Assembly: GCA_950097015.1 (NCBI GenBank)
Contig: CATNEN010000005.1
Span: 992,001-1,056,000 of the forward strand
DNA: 64,000 bases
Direction of reading: 5' to 3'
Source: Macrostomum hystrix
Lineage: Eukaryota; Animalia; Platyhelminthes
Shown: positions 22,921 through 37,900 of the stretch, piece after piece
Layout: each line of letters starts with the position of its first letter
How positions within the stretch are numbered: position 1 is the first letter of the stretch
The notes under the pieces: generated by a model
Databases searched by the model: none
What the model was told of the DNA's origin: nothing
What the model saw: only the letters and a program-made list of their open reading frames with translations
Translations under genes and position numbers: made by a program

Positions 22921-25900
22921 ATGGGATTTAACAAAATTTTAAACATAGCAAAAAATCCGATTTTAAAATACCTATCAAAGTAAGTGATACTGCATTGTTC
23001 TTTGTCCTGTTTATTCTCTAAAATTATATTTTAACAACATAAATTAAATTTCAATAGTTGATAATTATTTAATTCTGAGTGGTTTTAAGGTTCTTTGTTT
23101 TATCAGTATAAATAAATTTGGCTTGTAACACTGAAGAGCTGTAAAAAATAATTCAAGTTAATAGGAATGTAGCGAATTTCGCAATAAAAAAGTTCTTTTT
23201 ACTAAATTATTGTACTGTTTTCTTCTTAAGAATCTCTTTTCTTTATATATATAATAATAATTGATTTATATAATAAAAACTATATAATATAATTAATATA
23301 ATATATATAGTAATCATTTATATATATTTACTTACTAATTTGTAAGCAAGAGGACACTCTATTATTATCACATTTTCCATGTGACAATTGCAATATTTTT
23401 ATTTGTTTAAAGTAAAACAAAATATTTATAGATTTTCTAGCAACTTTATTCTGTCAAAAGTTGCATATGGTATTACACCAAAGCGACTCGAAAGCAATAT
23501 GAAAATTAAATCACTGCGTCAAGTTAGAAGCAATAATATTTCACGATTTTATTAGCTTAATAAATTTCTCCCTTCTTAACTTAGAACGTCGTGTCCAGTT
23601 CCCATGTAAAAGGATTGTTAACTTTTTCTTATTATACATCCTAAATCTGTATTGCTAAAGTAAGAAAACTAATAATGTTTGGCAGATAAAAGCATTTGAT
23701 CAAGACTGATATAGAGGAGAAATATTCGAAAATCAAGAAGGTAAAATGACATATGATATCCTGTCAGCCGCTGTCTGAGTAGTGTCTGACTGATGGTGGG
23801 GTGGCTTGCATAGAGATTTTTTCAGAGTGGCCTGCGTTTTTTCATCTGTCACGCCCTTAAGCCATTCTTCATTTGGCTCTCATTGGCTCATCAAATATGG
23901 ACGACTCGATGTCCCCCGCTCCATTGGAATAAAAAATGAAATCTGATCCTTGAATAGCTCCGGTCGATTTCATTTCTCTCTTCATAATTTTTATTCGGCT
24001 CCCATTGACTTTCTTCTCAAGAAATCTAGAATATATGCCTCTGGCAAAACTACAATCGATTTCTTCTGTACCCTACGCATAATAAATAATGTGTCCCTTA
24101 GAGTCGATGATTTTATCTCCGCTTGTAGCCCAATGGTTACAGTTTTAGACTTCTGAATGAGACGTCGGGAGTTCGATTCTTAATGTAAAGTAAACAGGTT
24201 ATTTCCTCGAGAAAGACAATTAATTACCTTCCATATTGCAAATCGGGTACCAGCTGGGGTAAAAATTTGGGTGGCGTGTGGCGGCCTCCTTTGTCCATGG
24301 ACTGATCAGCTGTACACAAAAGCTGCGCAATATCTATCTATGTCTATCTATGATACAGAAGATATTCTCTATCAGCCTGTTGAATATGTTCTCGCAATTA
24401 TCCTGAGCGATCCTACATAGATCACATCCAAAGGCTGTGTACAGCCGTTCTGTCCATGGACAGAGGAGGTTTGACACAGAATTGCGTACGAGCTCACACT
24501 TGTCACCAGGGGGGTTCGGTGGCAGAGCGGTTTATGCGTTTGCCTCTCGCACCACGGTCCCTAAGTTCGATTCCGTAGCGAGGCCACATTCATTTGGGGC
24601 GCAGCCGCGGAGAGAAGGCTTTGGGGCTTGTCGTGCAATTTACGCCCTTGGGGGCCGACCTCCAATTGGCACAGTAAAGTGTACACTGCCTGACAATTGA
24701 AAGTCAGGGCAGATGTACACACCCGTGTGAGCGTGTGCCTTCGTACAGTATCTGTGTGCGTGTGTGCTCAGGAGTCAGCGAAAAGGGCAGAATTGCCTTC
24801 TCGCTGGCTGCGGGTCTAGTGTCACCAAGTGATTTGCCATTGCCCGCAGCCCTCCTGCAACTAATAATAAAAAATTATAATCTCTTTACCGGCATAGTTC
24901 CCATTCATGGCCAAGATTCGAACTTCAGATCTCTCAGCTAGGAGATCGAAATACCTGGTTACTAATTCTCTCGAAAATATAAGTATAAGTGATATCAGTC
25001 ACAAAATATAAGTGACGTCTTGATTTTCAAAGATTCTGTTTCAATAAGAAGCTACAAAAATTACGCCTCAAAAAACGCCAGGTTCGCCAAAAACCTGTCG
25101 CCTGAGCAGTTGAAGCTCAGCTTCATTCGCGGCGAAGGCGAGCTGACGAATCTAGAGCTGGACAGGGCGGCTGTGGCCGAGCTGCTCGATTTGCCAGCCT
25201 GGCTTCAGCTCCGCTCGGCTCGCTGCAATCGAGTTGCTATCCGGTGTCAGTGGACTAAACTGAAAAAGGTTCCATTGTGTCTCCGGCTAGATCAGGTGCT
25301 AATCGAAGTTGAAGCTGTCGACGTTCCCTCACCGGAATCGATCAGCCGTTCGACTGCAGCCGGAAATGAATCAACCAACCCAAGTCCCGGCTCCAAAGAA
25401 AAATCTGATAAATATGGATTTGCCGACAAAGTTATTGACGGAATGGATGTAACAGTGAACTCGGTGCACATTGTCCTGGTAACGCGAGTTTTTCGAGCTG
25501 ATATCGAGGTTAGTTGTGGCTGTCATTGTTTCTTTATCTGCTATTTATAATGTACCAAAATTCACATCCAGTCAGTTTTGTGTCACTTTTTCTTCTTATA
25601 TTATGTGGCCAATACGAGCGCAGGTTGAGGGTAAGTGGGTTCGGGGTAGAAAACAAATAATCTAGCCAATCAGGTGAGATTGGCTTAACTTCGCCTTATT
25701 GGCTAAAGCTAAAAGGGGGAGTGAAATTAGGGATGGAGCAGTTAATTTTTGGGCTCAGCCAATCAGATCACGGTGAGTTTTTTCCCACGCCTTGTGTGCG
25801 AATTCGATCATAAGAAAACATCGTTCTTGCAAAACATAGTCTCTCATTTTCTTCTTTCCTGTCGCTGGCCAATCAAGATAAGGCTGGGGTAGAAAGGTAA

Positions 25901-28900
25901 GGGGTAGAAAAAACAACTGGCCAATCAGAGAAGAGACTGAATTTAGAGCGATGACTTTAAATCAAGGGGTAGAAAAACAGGGGCATGGCTTGCATTATTC
26001 ATTGAAACACTGAAAAAGTGCTTTTTAGCTCGCAGAGTTATTAAAGGTAAGAATAGGGCTCATCTATGCCTAGGTGTGGCGTTTCTGTCTCAATCTGGTT
26101 TTCCAACTGTGTCAGAAAAATCCCCCCGAGACAGTCACTGTGAGCTGTGCCTCTCATCTCCCACCCCTAGCAGTAAGCGCGGGGACAGATTAATTGGAAA
26201 TTCATCAAACTCAAAATGTTCTAGCCTCAGTTTGAGTCTATCTCTTGGTTAATGCTACAATCACTCAGATTTAAGTGTCTCCCGATGTGCCGTAAAATAA
26301 TTTTCACTGTACTTTAAGATCGTGCACTTCAAGAAACCTGGCATGGAGACTATTCTGAAGGATTTAAGCCTGTAGAATTCGAAAACAAATTTAGTGGGGA
26401 GGCGAGCATCAGTCATCAGTAAGAGATTGATGCAATACTAGTTGCTTCAATGTCGAAAGCCAAATAAAAGTATAATTAATACTGATGTGTACGCTAGTGA
26501 AGTGACAGGTAGGGCAGTGAAGTGACAGGTAGGGTAGTGAAGTGACAGGTACGCTAGTGAAGTGACAGGTAGGGCAGTGAAGTGACAGGTAGGGCAGTGA
26601 AGTGACAGGTAGGGCAGTGAAGTGACAGGTAGGGTAGTGAAGTGACAGGTAGGGCAGTGAAGTGACAGGTAGGGCAGTGAAGTGACAGGTAGGGTAGTGA
26701 GGTGACAGGTAGGGTAGTGAAGTGACAGGTAGGCAGGCACAGTTTGTTTACAACCTGCTTGAGAAGCAGAGGAGCAGCTAATAATGTAGAGGTTATAGCA
26801 ATATTAGGGCAGAGAGTTCTGCGCGTGTGTGTTTCTGCTCAAATCAGAATTCTCTCAGTCAAGTGGAAGACAAATCATTCCCGTTTCTGATATTACCCAG
26901 CAAAACAATCTCAGGTAGTTAATTATCAGCCATCTTTAATTTCCTCATTTATTGCTGAATTCAACCAGGATAATATTTTTCACCCAACAGTTTCCCGAAA
27001 GGGATGATAACAGAAGAAAAATACCATTTGAATAATATAATTTCAAACAGATTCGTCACTCGTGGTCAGGAAAAAAATCTAGAAAAAATCAACTTGTCAA
27101 ATTCTCTTGCCGAACTAATTAATGGACTGCCCAACGCGGTTGTGCTGATTACTAGGGCCTGGCTAAGGCTTCTCTAGCCCACGGATTTGTCCTTGCTAGC
27201 AATAAATTAGTCATGTAGCTTTTATGGCTGTTCTGCTTTAGAAAAGTGGAATAAAAAAGGAATTTCGAAAAATTCATGTGAACGGCTTTCGATTATCATC
27301 TATTCACCCATTCATCATTTAAATATTCACACATTCAAATCATTCACCCAATTCACTCATTCAGTCATTTAACTCATTCACTATTTTAACTCATTCACTC
27401 ATTCACTCATTCACTTATTCACTCATTCACTCATTCACCTAATTCACTCATTCACTTAGTCACTCATTCACTTATTCACTCATTCACTTGTTCACTCATT
27501 CACTTATTCACTCATTCATTTGTTCACTCATTCACTCATTCACTCATTCACTTGTTCACTCATTCATTCATTCACTCATTCACCTAATTCACTCATTCAC
27601 TCATTCACTCATTCACCTAATTCACTCATTCACTCATTCACTCATTCACCTAATTCACTCATTCACCTATTCATTCATTCACTCATTCAATCATTCAACC
27701 ATTTACTCATTCACTCATTCAATCATTCAACCATTTACTCATTCACTCATTCACTCATTCACCTAATTCACTCATTCACATAGTCACTCATTCACTTATT
27801 CACTCATTCACTTGTTCACTCATTCACTTATTCACTCATTCACTTGTTCACTCATTCACTCATTCACTCATTCACTTATTCACTCATTCACTTGTTCACT
27901 CATTCACTCATTCACTCATTCACCTAATTCACTCATTCACTCATTCACTCATTCACCTAATTCACTCATTCACCTATTCATTCATTCACTCATTCAATCA
28001 TTCAACCATTTACTCATTCACTCATTCAATCATTCAACCATTTACTCATTCACTTATTCACTCATTCACCTAATTCACTCATTCACATAGTCACTCATTC
28101 ACTTATTCACTCATTCACTTGTTCACTCATTCACTCATTCACCTAATTCACTCATTCACTCATTCACTCATTCACTCATTCAATCATTCACCCATTCACT
28201 CATTCAATCATTCAACCATTTACTCATTCACCCATTCACCCATTCACTCATTCAATCATTCAACCATTTACTCATTCACCCATTCACTCATTCACCCCAA
28301 TCTCAATTCGCAGCTCTCCAAGCTGCACCTCTACAGCGTGATGGCGAACTGGGCCCGCGGCGAGTTGAAGTTCACCTACCTGCGCGATCGAGCTCACGAC
28401 CAGATCCTGCTATTCAAAGAGATGGTCTGGGACACCACTAGGATAGAAGCTGGCTTTGCTGACAGCGGTGCCAGCTGTTCGACGAACGTCGTCGTCAGAC
28501 TGGTGACAAACGCTTCGCGAATTCGAATGGCAATGAAGAAGCGACTGTCTGGTGAGTTGTTCAATTATCTGGCCATAGACAATAAAGAGTCGGAATTCTC
28601 CGGCCCGCATCGGAGGACCCCCTACCGCTTTATTTTATTGGCTCTCAGCCAGGCTTGACCTTGACACCATCCTCTTCACGCTTCGAGAGCGTGATAAATT
28701 CATTATCATTCTGTCAAGGTCGCGTCTATCTAGCTGAAATTAACAACTATTTTCCGCTAAGATTTTTCAAACTTATACTTGAAAAAGTATAAACTTGTGG
28801 ACGGACACAAAAAAGCAGATCTTGAAAGAGCTTCTCTCTTTCTCCGCCGTCTGCCCTATTCCAACAGCCGCGAATTTTTTAAGCTCGTGGCAGAGAAAAC

Positions 28901-31900
28901 ATGGGACTGGTCTCACCTTTTCCCAAGGGAATTCTAGGGCTGCTTTTTTAGTTTTCAGTTATTTTTCCCTAAAATCTATATAGAAAAGTACGTATGATAC
29001 CACATATATATTTTCTAAATCGTAGTGGCTTTAATAGTGCAATATAGATGATCAAACAACGATTCTTATCTATTTCAAACATGACAGAATAATAAATAAT
29101 CTCAGTCTTAAAGCCCTCATAAATCTAAGCGCTAACTCAGGATGGTTAGAAATGATAGCAAATGCGATTTTGAAAATTTCATCTGACAGAATAATAACCA
29201 ATCGTTTTAACTTGTGGCTAGGCAATGTGCATGATTTCAAGGCCAATTAGAGAACAGCAGATGGTTGAGATAGGAGAGAGACTAGACCAGAGAGATGAGA
29301 CATGGGAGAGACGATACTGGAGAGAGATGAGACTTAAGAGAGATGAGACATGGGAGATAAGACTAAACATAGATTAAACATAGGATAGATAAGACAGGAG
29401 AGAGATGAGACACGGGAGAGATTAGACACGGCATAGATGACACACGGGAGAGATGAAACACGGGAGAGATGAGACAGGAGATACATGAGACACGGGAGAG
29501 ATGAGACAGGAGAGACAGGAGAGAGATTAGGCACGGGAGATATGAGACACGGAAGAGATGAGTCAGGGGAGAGATGAGACAAGGGAGAGATGAGATAGGA
29601 GAGAGATAAGGCAGGATAGAATTGGGAAATAGGAGAGATGAGACAGGAGAGACATGAGACACGGGAGAGATGAGACAGGAGAGACATGAGACACGGGAGA
29701 GATTAGACAGGAGAGACATGAGACACGGGAGAGATGAGACACGGGAGAGATGAAGACACGGGAGAGATGAGACACGTGAGAGATGAGACAGGAGAGACAT
29801 GAGACACGGGAGAGATGAGACACGGGAGAGATGAGACACGGGAGAGATGAGACACGGGAGAGATGACACACGGGAGAGATGAGACACGGGAGAGATGAGA
29901 CACGGGAGAGATGACACACGGGAGAGATGACACACGGGAGAGATGAGACACGGGAGAGATGAGACACGGGAGAGATGACACGCGGGAGAGATGAGACACG
30001 GGAGAGATGACACACGGGAGAGATGAGACAGGAGAGACATGAGACACGGGAGAGGTAAGACAGAAGAGAGTTGAGGCACGGGTCAGATGAAAGAGGCAGA
30101 ATTTAAGAGCTCATAGACGTTATCAGTATAGACTTGGCAGCTGCAAAAGTACACGCAGTCAATATCTAGGCAAGCGTTTTTATATATTTTTAACTGGTTT
30201 TGAACTGCTGGCTGAGCCATTCTCAACTACCGAATCCTGCCACCAACCCGGCCAGTCTTTCGCGGCCTCGCCCCCCACCTCCCATATCTGGCAGTTTTTG
30301 AGTCGATGGGGGTGAATTTTTGGCCTTCGGTCGGAGCTGGGGTGGGTGTTTAGGTGCATCCCGATTCTCCTCTTCTTACCCCCTCTCCCCCGTTGACTGT
30401 CTGCTTCAATCTGCTTCACCAGTTGGCTCTGGACTGGCTCAAATGAGTATACATGTAGCTGTATTTTATAGACCACAGTTTTTGGCACCATTTTATGACA
30501 CCCATGACGCTCTAGGTAAGACATATATTCATTCCTCAAAGGTTGCAGAAAGCAGACTATTTGCTTGGCGTACTTTAGAAAAGCATGCCAAACATGTTAG
30601 AGACAATTTTTCGAACCTTTTTTAGATATTATTTAAACCTGTTAGACAAAATTCAAACGTGTTAGACACTGGTGAAACCTTTGTTTGACTCAAGGTGAAT
30701 CCTGTTAGACTCAGGTGAAACCTGTTAGACACATTTCAAACCTGTTAGACACAATTAAAACCTGTTAGACACATTTGAAACCCCTTAGATACAGGGGAAA
30801 CCTGTTAGACACAGATGAAACCTGTTGGACCAATTTGAAACCTGTTAGATACAGGGGAAACCTGTTAGACACATTTGAAACCTGTTAGACACATTTGAAA
30901 CCTGTTAGACACATTTGAAACCTGTTAGACACATTTGAAACCCCTTAGATACAGGGGAAACCTGTTAGACACAGGTGAAACCTGTTGGACCAATTTGAAA
31001 CCTGTTAGACACATTTGAAACCTGTTAGACACAAGTAAAACCTGTTAGACACATTTGAAACCTGTTAGACACATTTGAAACCTGTTAGACACATTTGAAA
31101 CCTGTTAGACACATTTGAAACCTGTTAGACACATTTGAAACCTGTTAGACACATTTGAAACCTGTTAGACACATTTGAAACCCCTTAGATACAGGGGAAA
31201 CCTGTTAGACACAGGTGAAACCTGTTGGACCAATTTGAAACCTGTTAGACACATTTGAAACCTGTTAGACACAAGTAAAACCTGTTAGACACATTTGAAA
31301 CCTGTTAGACACATTTGAAACCTGTTAGACACATTTGAAACCTGTTAGACACATTTGAAACCTGTTAGACACATTTGAAACCTGTTAGACACATTTGAAA
31401 CCTGTTAGACACATTTGAAACCTGTTAGACACATTTGAAACCTGTTAGATACAGGGGAAACCTGTTAGACACAGGTGAAACCTGTTGGACCAATTTGAAA
31501 CCTGTTAGACACATTTGAAACCTGTTAGACACAAGTAAAACCTGTTAGACACATTTCAAACCTGTTAGACACAATTAAAACCTGTTAGACACATTTGAAA
31601 CCTGTTAGACACATTTGAAACCTGTTAGACACATTTGAAACCTGTTAGACACATTTGAAACCTGTTAGACACATTTGAAACCTGTTAGACACATTTGAAA
31701 CCTGTTAGACACATTTGAAACCTGTTAGACACATTTGAAACCTGTTAGACACTAGTAAAAAAAGCAATTATTTTATAAACTGATTTTTGTCCAGACTCGC
31801 GAGTCATCGCCACCCGACTAGAGCTGCTGTTAGACGATCTGCTGTGGGTACTGACAGTTTCACAGCTGGAAGCTACTGTCCTGTTTCTCAAATCGATGCA

Positions 31901-34900
31901 GTCGTGCATTGAAAGGGCCAGCGCGTACCAGAATCCGCATTCGATGACGCAAGTTCGCGTCGGAGATGGCAGACAAAAATTACAGGTACTTGACTATTCA
32001 GTGCGTGGTGTCCACTCTACTACTGGGTTGCTTTTCGATTGCTTTGGTTTGAAGGAAAACTATTAGACTACACTTTACTAATGCACTTAAGAAATGTACT
32101 TTTGCTATATAGTCGCTTAAGTACGCTTCTTGGCGTATGATTGCTTAGACGCTCATTGAACAAATGTACATTAGCTGTACATTGAATGAATGTACATTAT
32201 CTGTACATTGAATGAATGTACATTAGCTGTACATTAAATGAATGTACATTAGCTGTACATTAAATGAATGTACATTAGTTGTACATTAAACTAATATATT
32301 CGTAGACTGATTAAACCAACGTGCATAGTGAAATATGACCAGACAATATTCACTTAATTTATGCCAATGTACATACGGTTTGTCATGTTAATGTACATTG
32401 GCTGATCGCAGCGAAGCTAATATTGATTCTTCGCTTCCACCAATCGCAGCAAAGCCACACCAAAAGTTCATCCACATTAGCCGCTGCTTCAGCTTCTGTC
32501 GCGCTAATCTCCGAAGTCGACATTGACACGCTCGGACCAGCAGAGAAGATATTTAAAAAGTACGACGTCGCCGAGACATCCTATCACGTGCACACCGCTC
32601 GAGTGGACTTGCACTTTTGCGAGGACAGCAACGCGGGTGATTATTTTTTTGGAGCTTTTATCAAAGTCCTGTCCAAACATTCTAGCTTGATTTTAGAAAA
32701 CATGACATGACAAACTGTGACATGATTCTAACATGTCACAGTCCTGTCTAACATGTCACAGTCCTGTCTAACATGTCACAGTCCTGTCTAACATGTCACA
32801 GTCCTGTCTAACATGTCACAGTCCTGTCTAACACATGTCACAGTCCTGTCTAACATGTCACAGTCCTGTCTAACATGTCACAGTCCTGTCTAACACATGT
32901 CACAGTCCTGTCTAACATGTCACAGTCCTGTCTAACACATGTCACAGCCCTGACTAACATGTCACAGTCCTGTCTAACATGTCACAGTCCTGTCTAACAT
33001 GTCACAGTCCTGTCTAACATGTCACAGTCCTGTCTAACACATGTCACAGTCCTGCCTAACACATGTCACAGTCCTTTCTAACATGTCACAGTCCTGTCTA
33101 ACATGTCACAGTCCTGTCTAACATGTCACAGTCCTGTCTAACACGTCACAGTCCTATCTAACACGTCACAGTCCTGTCTAACACGTCACAGTCCTGTCTA
33201 ACACATGTCACAGTCCTGTCTAACACATGTCACAGTCCTGTCTAACACATGTCACAGTCCTGTCTATCATGTCCCAGTCCTGTCTTTCATGTCACAGTCC
33301 TGTCTATCATGTCCCAGTCCTGTCTTTCATGTCACAGTCCTGTCTAACACATGTCCCAGTCCTGTCTAACACGTCACAGTCCTGTCTAACACATGTCACA
33401 GTCCTGTCTAACACATATCACAGTCCTGTCTAACACATGTCACAGTCCTGTCTATCATGTCCCAGTCCTGTCTTTCATGTCACAGTCCTGTCTAACACAT
33501 GTCCCAGTCCTGTCTAACACGTCACAGTCCTGTCTAACACATGTCACAGTCCTGTCTAACACATGTCACAGTCCTGTCTAACACATGTCACAGTCCTGTC
33601 TAACACATGTCACAGTCCTGTCTAACACATGTCACAGTCCTGTCTAACACATGTCACAGTCCTGTCTAACACATGTCACAGTCCTGTCTAACACATGTCA
33701 CAGTCCTGTCTAACACATGTCACAGTCCTGTCTAACACATGTCACAGTCCTGTCTAACACATGTCACAGTCCTGTCTAACACATGTCACAGTCCTGTCTA
33801 ACACATGTCACAGTCCTGTCTAACACATGTCACAGTCCTGTCTAACACATGTCACAGTCCTGTCTAACACATGTCACAGTCCTGTCTAACACATGTCCCA
33901 GTCCTGTCTTTCATGTCACAGTCCTGTCTAACACATGTCCCAGTCCTGTCTAACACGTCACAGTCCTGTCTAACACATGTCACAGTCCTGTCTAACACAT
34001 GTCACAGTCCTGTCTAACACATGTCACAGTCCTGTCTAACACATGTCACAGTCCTGTCTAACACATGTCACAGTCCTGTCTAACACATGTCACAGTCCTG
34101 TCTAACACATGTCACAGTCCTGTCTAACACATGTCACAGTCCTGTCTAACACATGTCACAGTCCTGTCTAACACATGTCCCAGTCCTGTCTTTCATGTCA
34201 CAGTCCTGTCTAACACATGTCCCAGTCCTGTCTAACACGTCACAGTCCTGTCTAACACATGTCACAGTCCTGTCTAACACATGTCACAGTCCTGTCTAAC
34301 ACATGTCCCAGTCCTGTCTTTCATGTCACAGTCCTGTCTAACACATGTCCCAGTCCTGTCTAACACGTCACAGTCCTGTCTAACACATGTCACAGTCCTG
34401 TCTAACACATGTCACAGTCCTGTCTAACACATGTCACAGTCCTGTCTAACACATGTCCCAGTCCTGTCTTTCATGTCACAGTCCTGTCTAACACATGTCC
34501 CAGTCCTGTCTAACACGTCACAGTCCTGTCTAACACATGTCACAGTCCTGTCTAACACATGTCACAGTCCTGTCTAACACATGTCACAGTCCTGTCTATC
34601 ATGTCCCAGTCCTGTCTTTCATGTCACCGCCCTTTCTAAAACTTGCCGAGGGTTTTTACAGTCACTCCAACGCAGACCAGGACAGGGAGCAAAATGCTTT
34701 ATTGGAAAGCAATTATTTATTCAGCGATGGTTATCAACCACCCACGCACCAACTGTCGCATTGGGGTGGACTTGTATTTTTCTGCTTCTATATTTAACAG
34801 AAATTCCTATTTAAGAAGCAGAGAGACAGAGACAGAGGTGGAGATAGATGCTCAACTGAAAAGTGGCACTTCAAGCAATGATAAACCCAAGTCATTACTT

Positions 34901-37900
34901 ATAGCTGTCAAATTTGACATTGGTCTGCGCTCAGAAAGCACAAGTGTTGACGCGCTATTTTTAGAAATCTGAAAGATGGAAAGGAAATTGAATCTTTCCC
35001 TCGGAATGGCCTTGGAGTCCGGCCCAGTTGACAGCCAAAAACAATATTGATTAACTATCTGTAAGCATGTAGGCTTCCTTCCCGAGGCGAAAAATTGAGG
35101 ATGACTTCTTTCACAGTTGTCACGGAATCGATTCATTTATTATATTCAGAGTGTCTATCTTCAATGGGAACGTATTCTTAAATAAGAAGTATTTTTAGTC
35201 TATACCCCTATTGTTGTAGCTATGCTCTATAGAATGCTTTGTAAATAGACTTGTAATAATCTCAATATAGCTTCAGTGGGCATAATTAACCTATTTCTGT
35301 CATAACGTGCTCAACTGCGTTTGTAGTGATGCGCTGTTCTCTCTCCTCTCCTCTCTCCTCTCCCCTGTTCGATTATTCCTCTCTCCTGTCTCCTCATCCT
35401 CTCTCCTCTCTCCTCATTCCTCTCTTCTCATTCCTCTCTCCTCATTCCTCTATCCTCTATCCTCTATCCTCTGTCCTCTATCCTCTATACTCTATCCTCT
35501 ATCCTCTATCCTCTGCACTCTATCCTCTGTCCTCTATCCTCTATCCTCTATCCTCTATACTCTATCCTCTATCCTCTATCCTCTATCCTCTATCCTCTAT
35601 ACTCTATCCTCTATCCTCTATCCTCTATCCTCTATTCTCTATCCTCTGTCCTCTATCCTCTATACTCTATCCTCTATCCTCTATCCTCTGCACTCTATCC
35701 TCTGTCCTCTATCCTCTCTCCTCATTCCTCTATCCTCTATCCTCTATCCTCTGTCCTCTATCCTCTATACTCTATCCTCTATCCTCTATCCTCTGCACTC
35801 TATCCTCTGTCCTCTATCCTCTATCCTCTATCCTCTATACTCTATCCTCTATCCTCTATCCTCTATCCTCTATCCTCTATTCTCTATCCTCTATACTCTA
35901 TCCTCTATCCTCTATCCTCTGCACTCTATCCTCTATCCTCTATTCTCTATCCTCTATCCTCTATACTCTATCCTCTATCCTCTATCCTCTGCACTCTATC
36001 CTCTATCCTCTATTCTCTATCCTCTATACTCTATCCTCTATCCTCTATCCTCTATCCTCTATTCTCTTTCCTCTTTTCTCTCTCCTCAAACTCCTCTCTC
36101 CTCAAAGTCCTATGTCCTCAAAGTGCCTATCCTGCCATTTCTTACCCGTCACTAGGCTGTGACAGTCCTGCCGCTCCTCTCCTACTCAGCTCCCTCATTT
36201 AATCTTAGTGTCTTTATATTAAGATACCATTCAGTGAATTTATTTAATGATTTTTTGTCTCTTTTTTAGACTGCAAGCTAAGTCCGAATTCCGTTGCCGA
36301 TGGAGCAATTCAACTAACTCTGCTGCGATTCGGTATCGACTTTCATCCAGTGCATCTCCTGGGTGAGCTGATAAACTGTTTGTTGTCTCACGCTATATAA
36401 GTGTACAGTTTAACTAGCTTCTTGTTAATTATAACTAATAATGATCCTTAATCCCAAGTTGATCCCTAATCCCAAGTTCTTAATGATCCCGAATCCCAAG
36501 TTCTTAATGATCCCGAATCCCAAGTTCTTAATGATCCCGAATCCCAAGTTCTTAATGATCCCGAATCCCAAGTTCTTAACGATACCGAATCCCAAGTTCT
36601 TAATGATCCCGAATCCCAAGTTCTTAACGATACCGAATCCCAAGTTCTTAACGATACCGAATCCCAAGTTCTTAATGATCCCGAATCCCAAGTTCTTAAT
36701 GATCCCGAATCCCAGGTTCTTAATGATCCCGAATCCCAAGTTCTTAATGATCCCGAATCCCAAGTTCTTAACGATACCGAATCCCAAGTTCTTAATGATC
36801 CCGAATCCCAAGTTCTTAACGATACCGAATCCCAAGTTCTTAATGATCCCGAATCCCAAGTTCTTAATGATACTGAATCCCAAGTTCTTAATGATCCCGA
36901 ATCCCAAGTTCTTAACGATACCGAATCCCAAGTTCTTAATGATCCCGAATCCCAAGTTCTTAATGATCCCGAATCCCAGGTTCTTAATGATCCCGAATCC
37001 CAAGTTCTTAATGATCCCGAATCCCAAGTTCTTAACGATACCGAATCCCAAGTTCTTAATGATCCCGAATCCCAAGTTCTTAACGATACCGAATCCCAAG
37101 TTCTTAATGATCCCGAATCCCAAGTTCTTAATGATCCCGAATCCCAGGTTCTTAATGATCCCGAATCCCAGGTTCTTAATGATCCCTAATCCCATGCTCT
37201 TAATGATACCGAATCCCAAGTTCTTAATGATCCCGAATCCCAAATTCTTAATGATACTGAATCCCAAGTTCTTAATGATCCCTAATCCCAAGTTCTTAAT
37301 GATACCGAATCCCAAATTCTTAATGATCCCGAATCCCAAGTTCTTAATGATCCCCGAATCCCAAGTTCTTAATGATACCGAATCCCAAGTTCTTAATGAT
37401 CCCTAATCCCATGCTCTTAATGATACCGAATCCCAAGTTCTTAATGATCCCTAATCCCAAGTTCTTAATGATACCGAATCCCAAGTTCTTAATGATCCCG
37501 AATCCCAAGTTCTTAATGATACTGAATCCCAAATTCTTAATGATACTGAATCCCAAGTTCTTAATGATCCCGAATCCCAAGTTCTTAATGATCCCGAATC
37601 CCAAGTTCTTAATGATCCCTAATCCCAAGTTCTTAATGATCCCGAATCCCAAGTTCTTAATGATCCCTAATCCCAAGTTCTTAATGATCCCTAATCCCAA
37701 GTTCTTAATGATCCCTAATCCCAAGTTCTTAATGATCCCTAATCCCAAGTTCTTAATGATCCCGAATCCCAAGTTCTTAACTATACCGAATCCCAAGTTC
37801 TTAATGATACCGAATCCCAAGTTCTTAATGATACCGAATCCCAAGTTCTTAATGATCCCTAATCCCAAGTTCTTAATGATACCGAATCCCAAGTTCTTAA

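Noticed and set aside
24122-24185. tRNA-like sequences (also 24510-24580, 50191-50263, 59511-59571) as functional tRNA genes
   Set aside because: Acceptor and T stems pair poorly, and most continue into shared SINE bodies, so they were treated as SINE heads.
25020-25081. TTG-started N-terminus of the ORF at 25020 as the BLTP3 start
   Set aside because: A better first exon exists at 22921-22979 (MGFNKILNIAKNPILKYLSK, donor gtaagt), and it splices in phase to 25082.
34640-34972. Candidate extra BLTP3 exon (NALLESNYLFSDGYQPPTHQLSHW) after the 22-bp array
   Set aside because: The exon at 36270-36362 (GAIQL...IDFHPVH) matches the family better and joins exons 5 and 7 in phase without it. No convincing donor was found.
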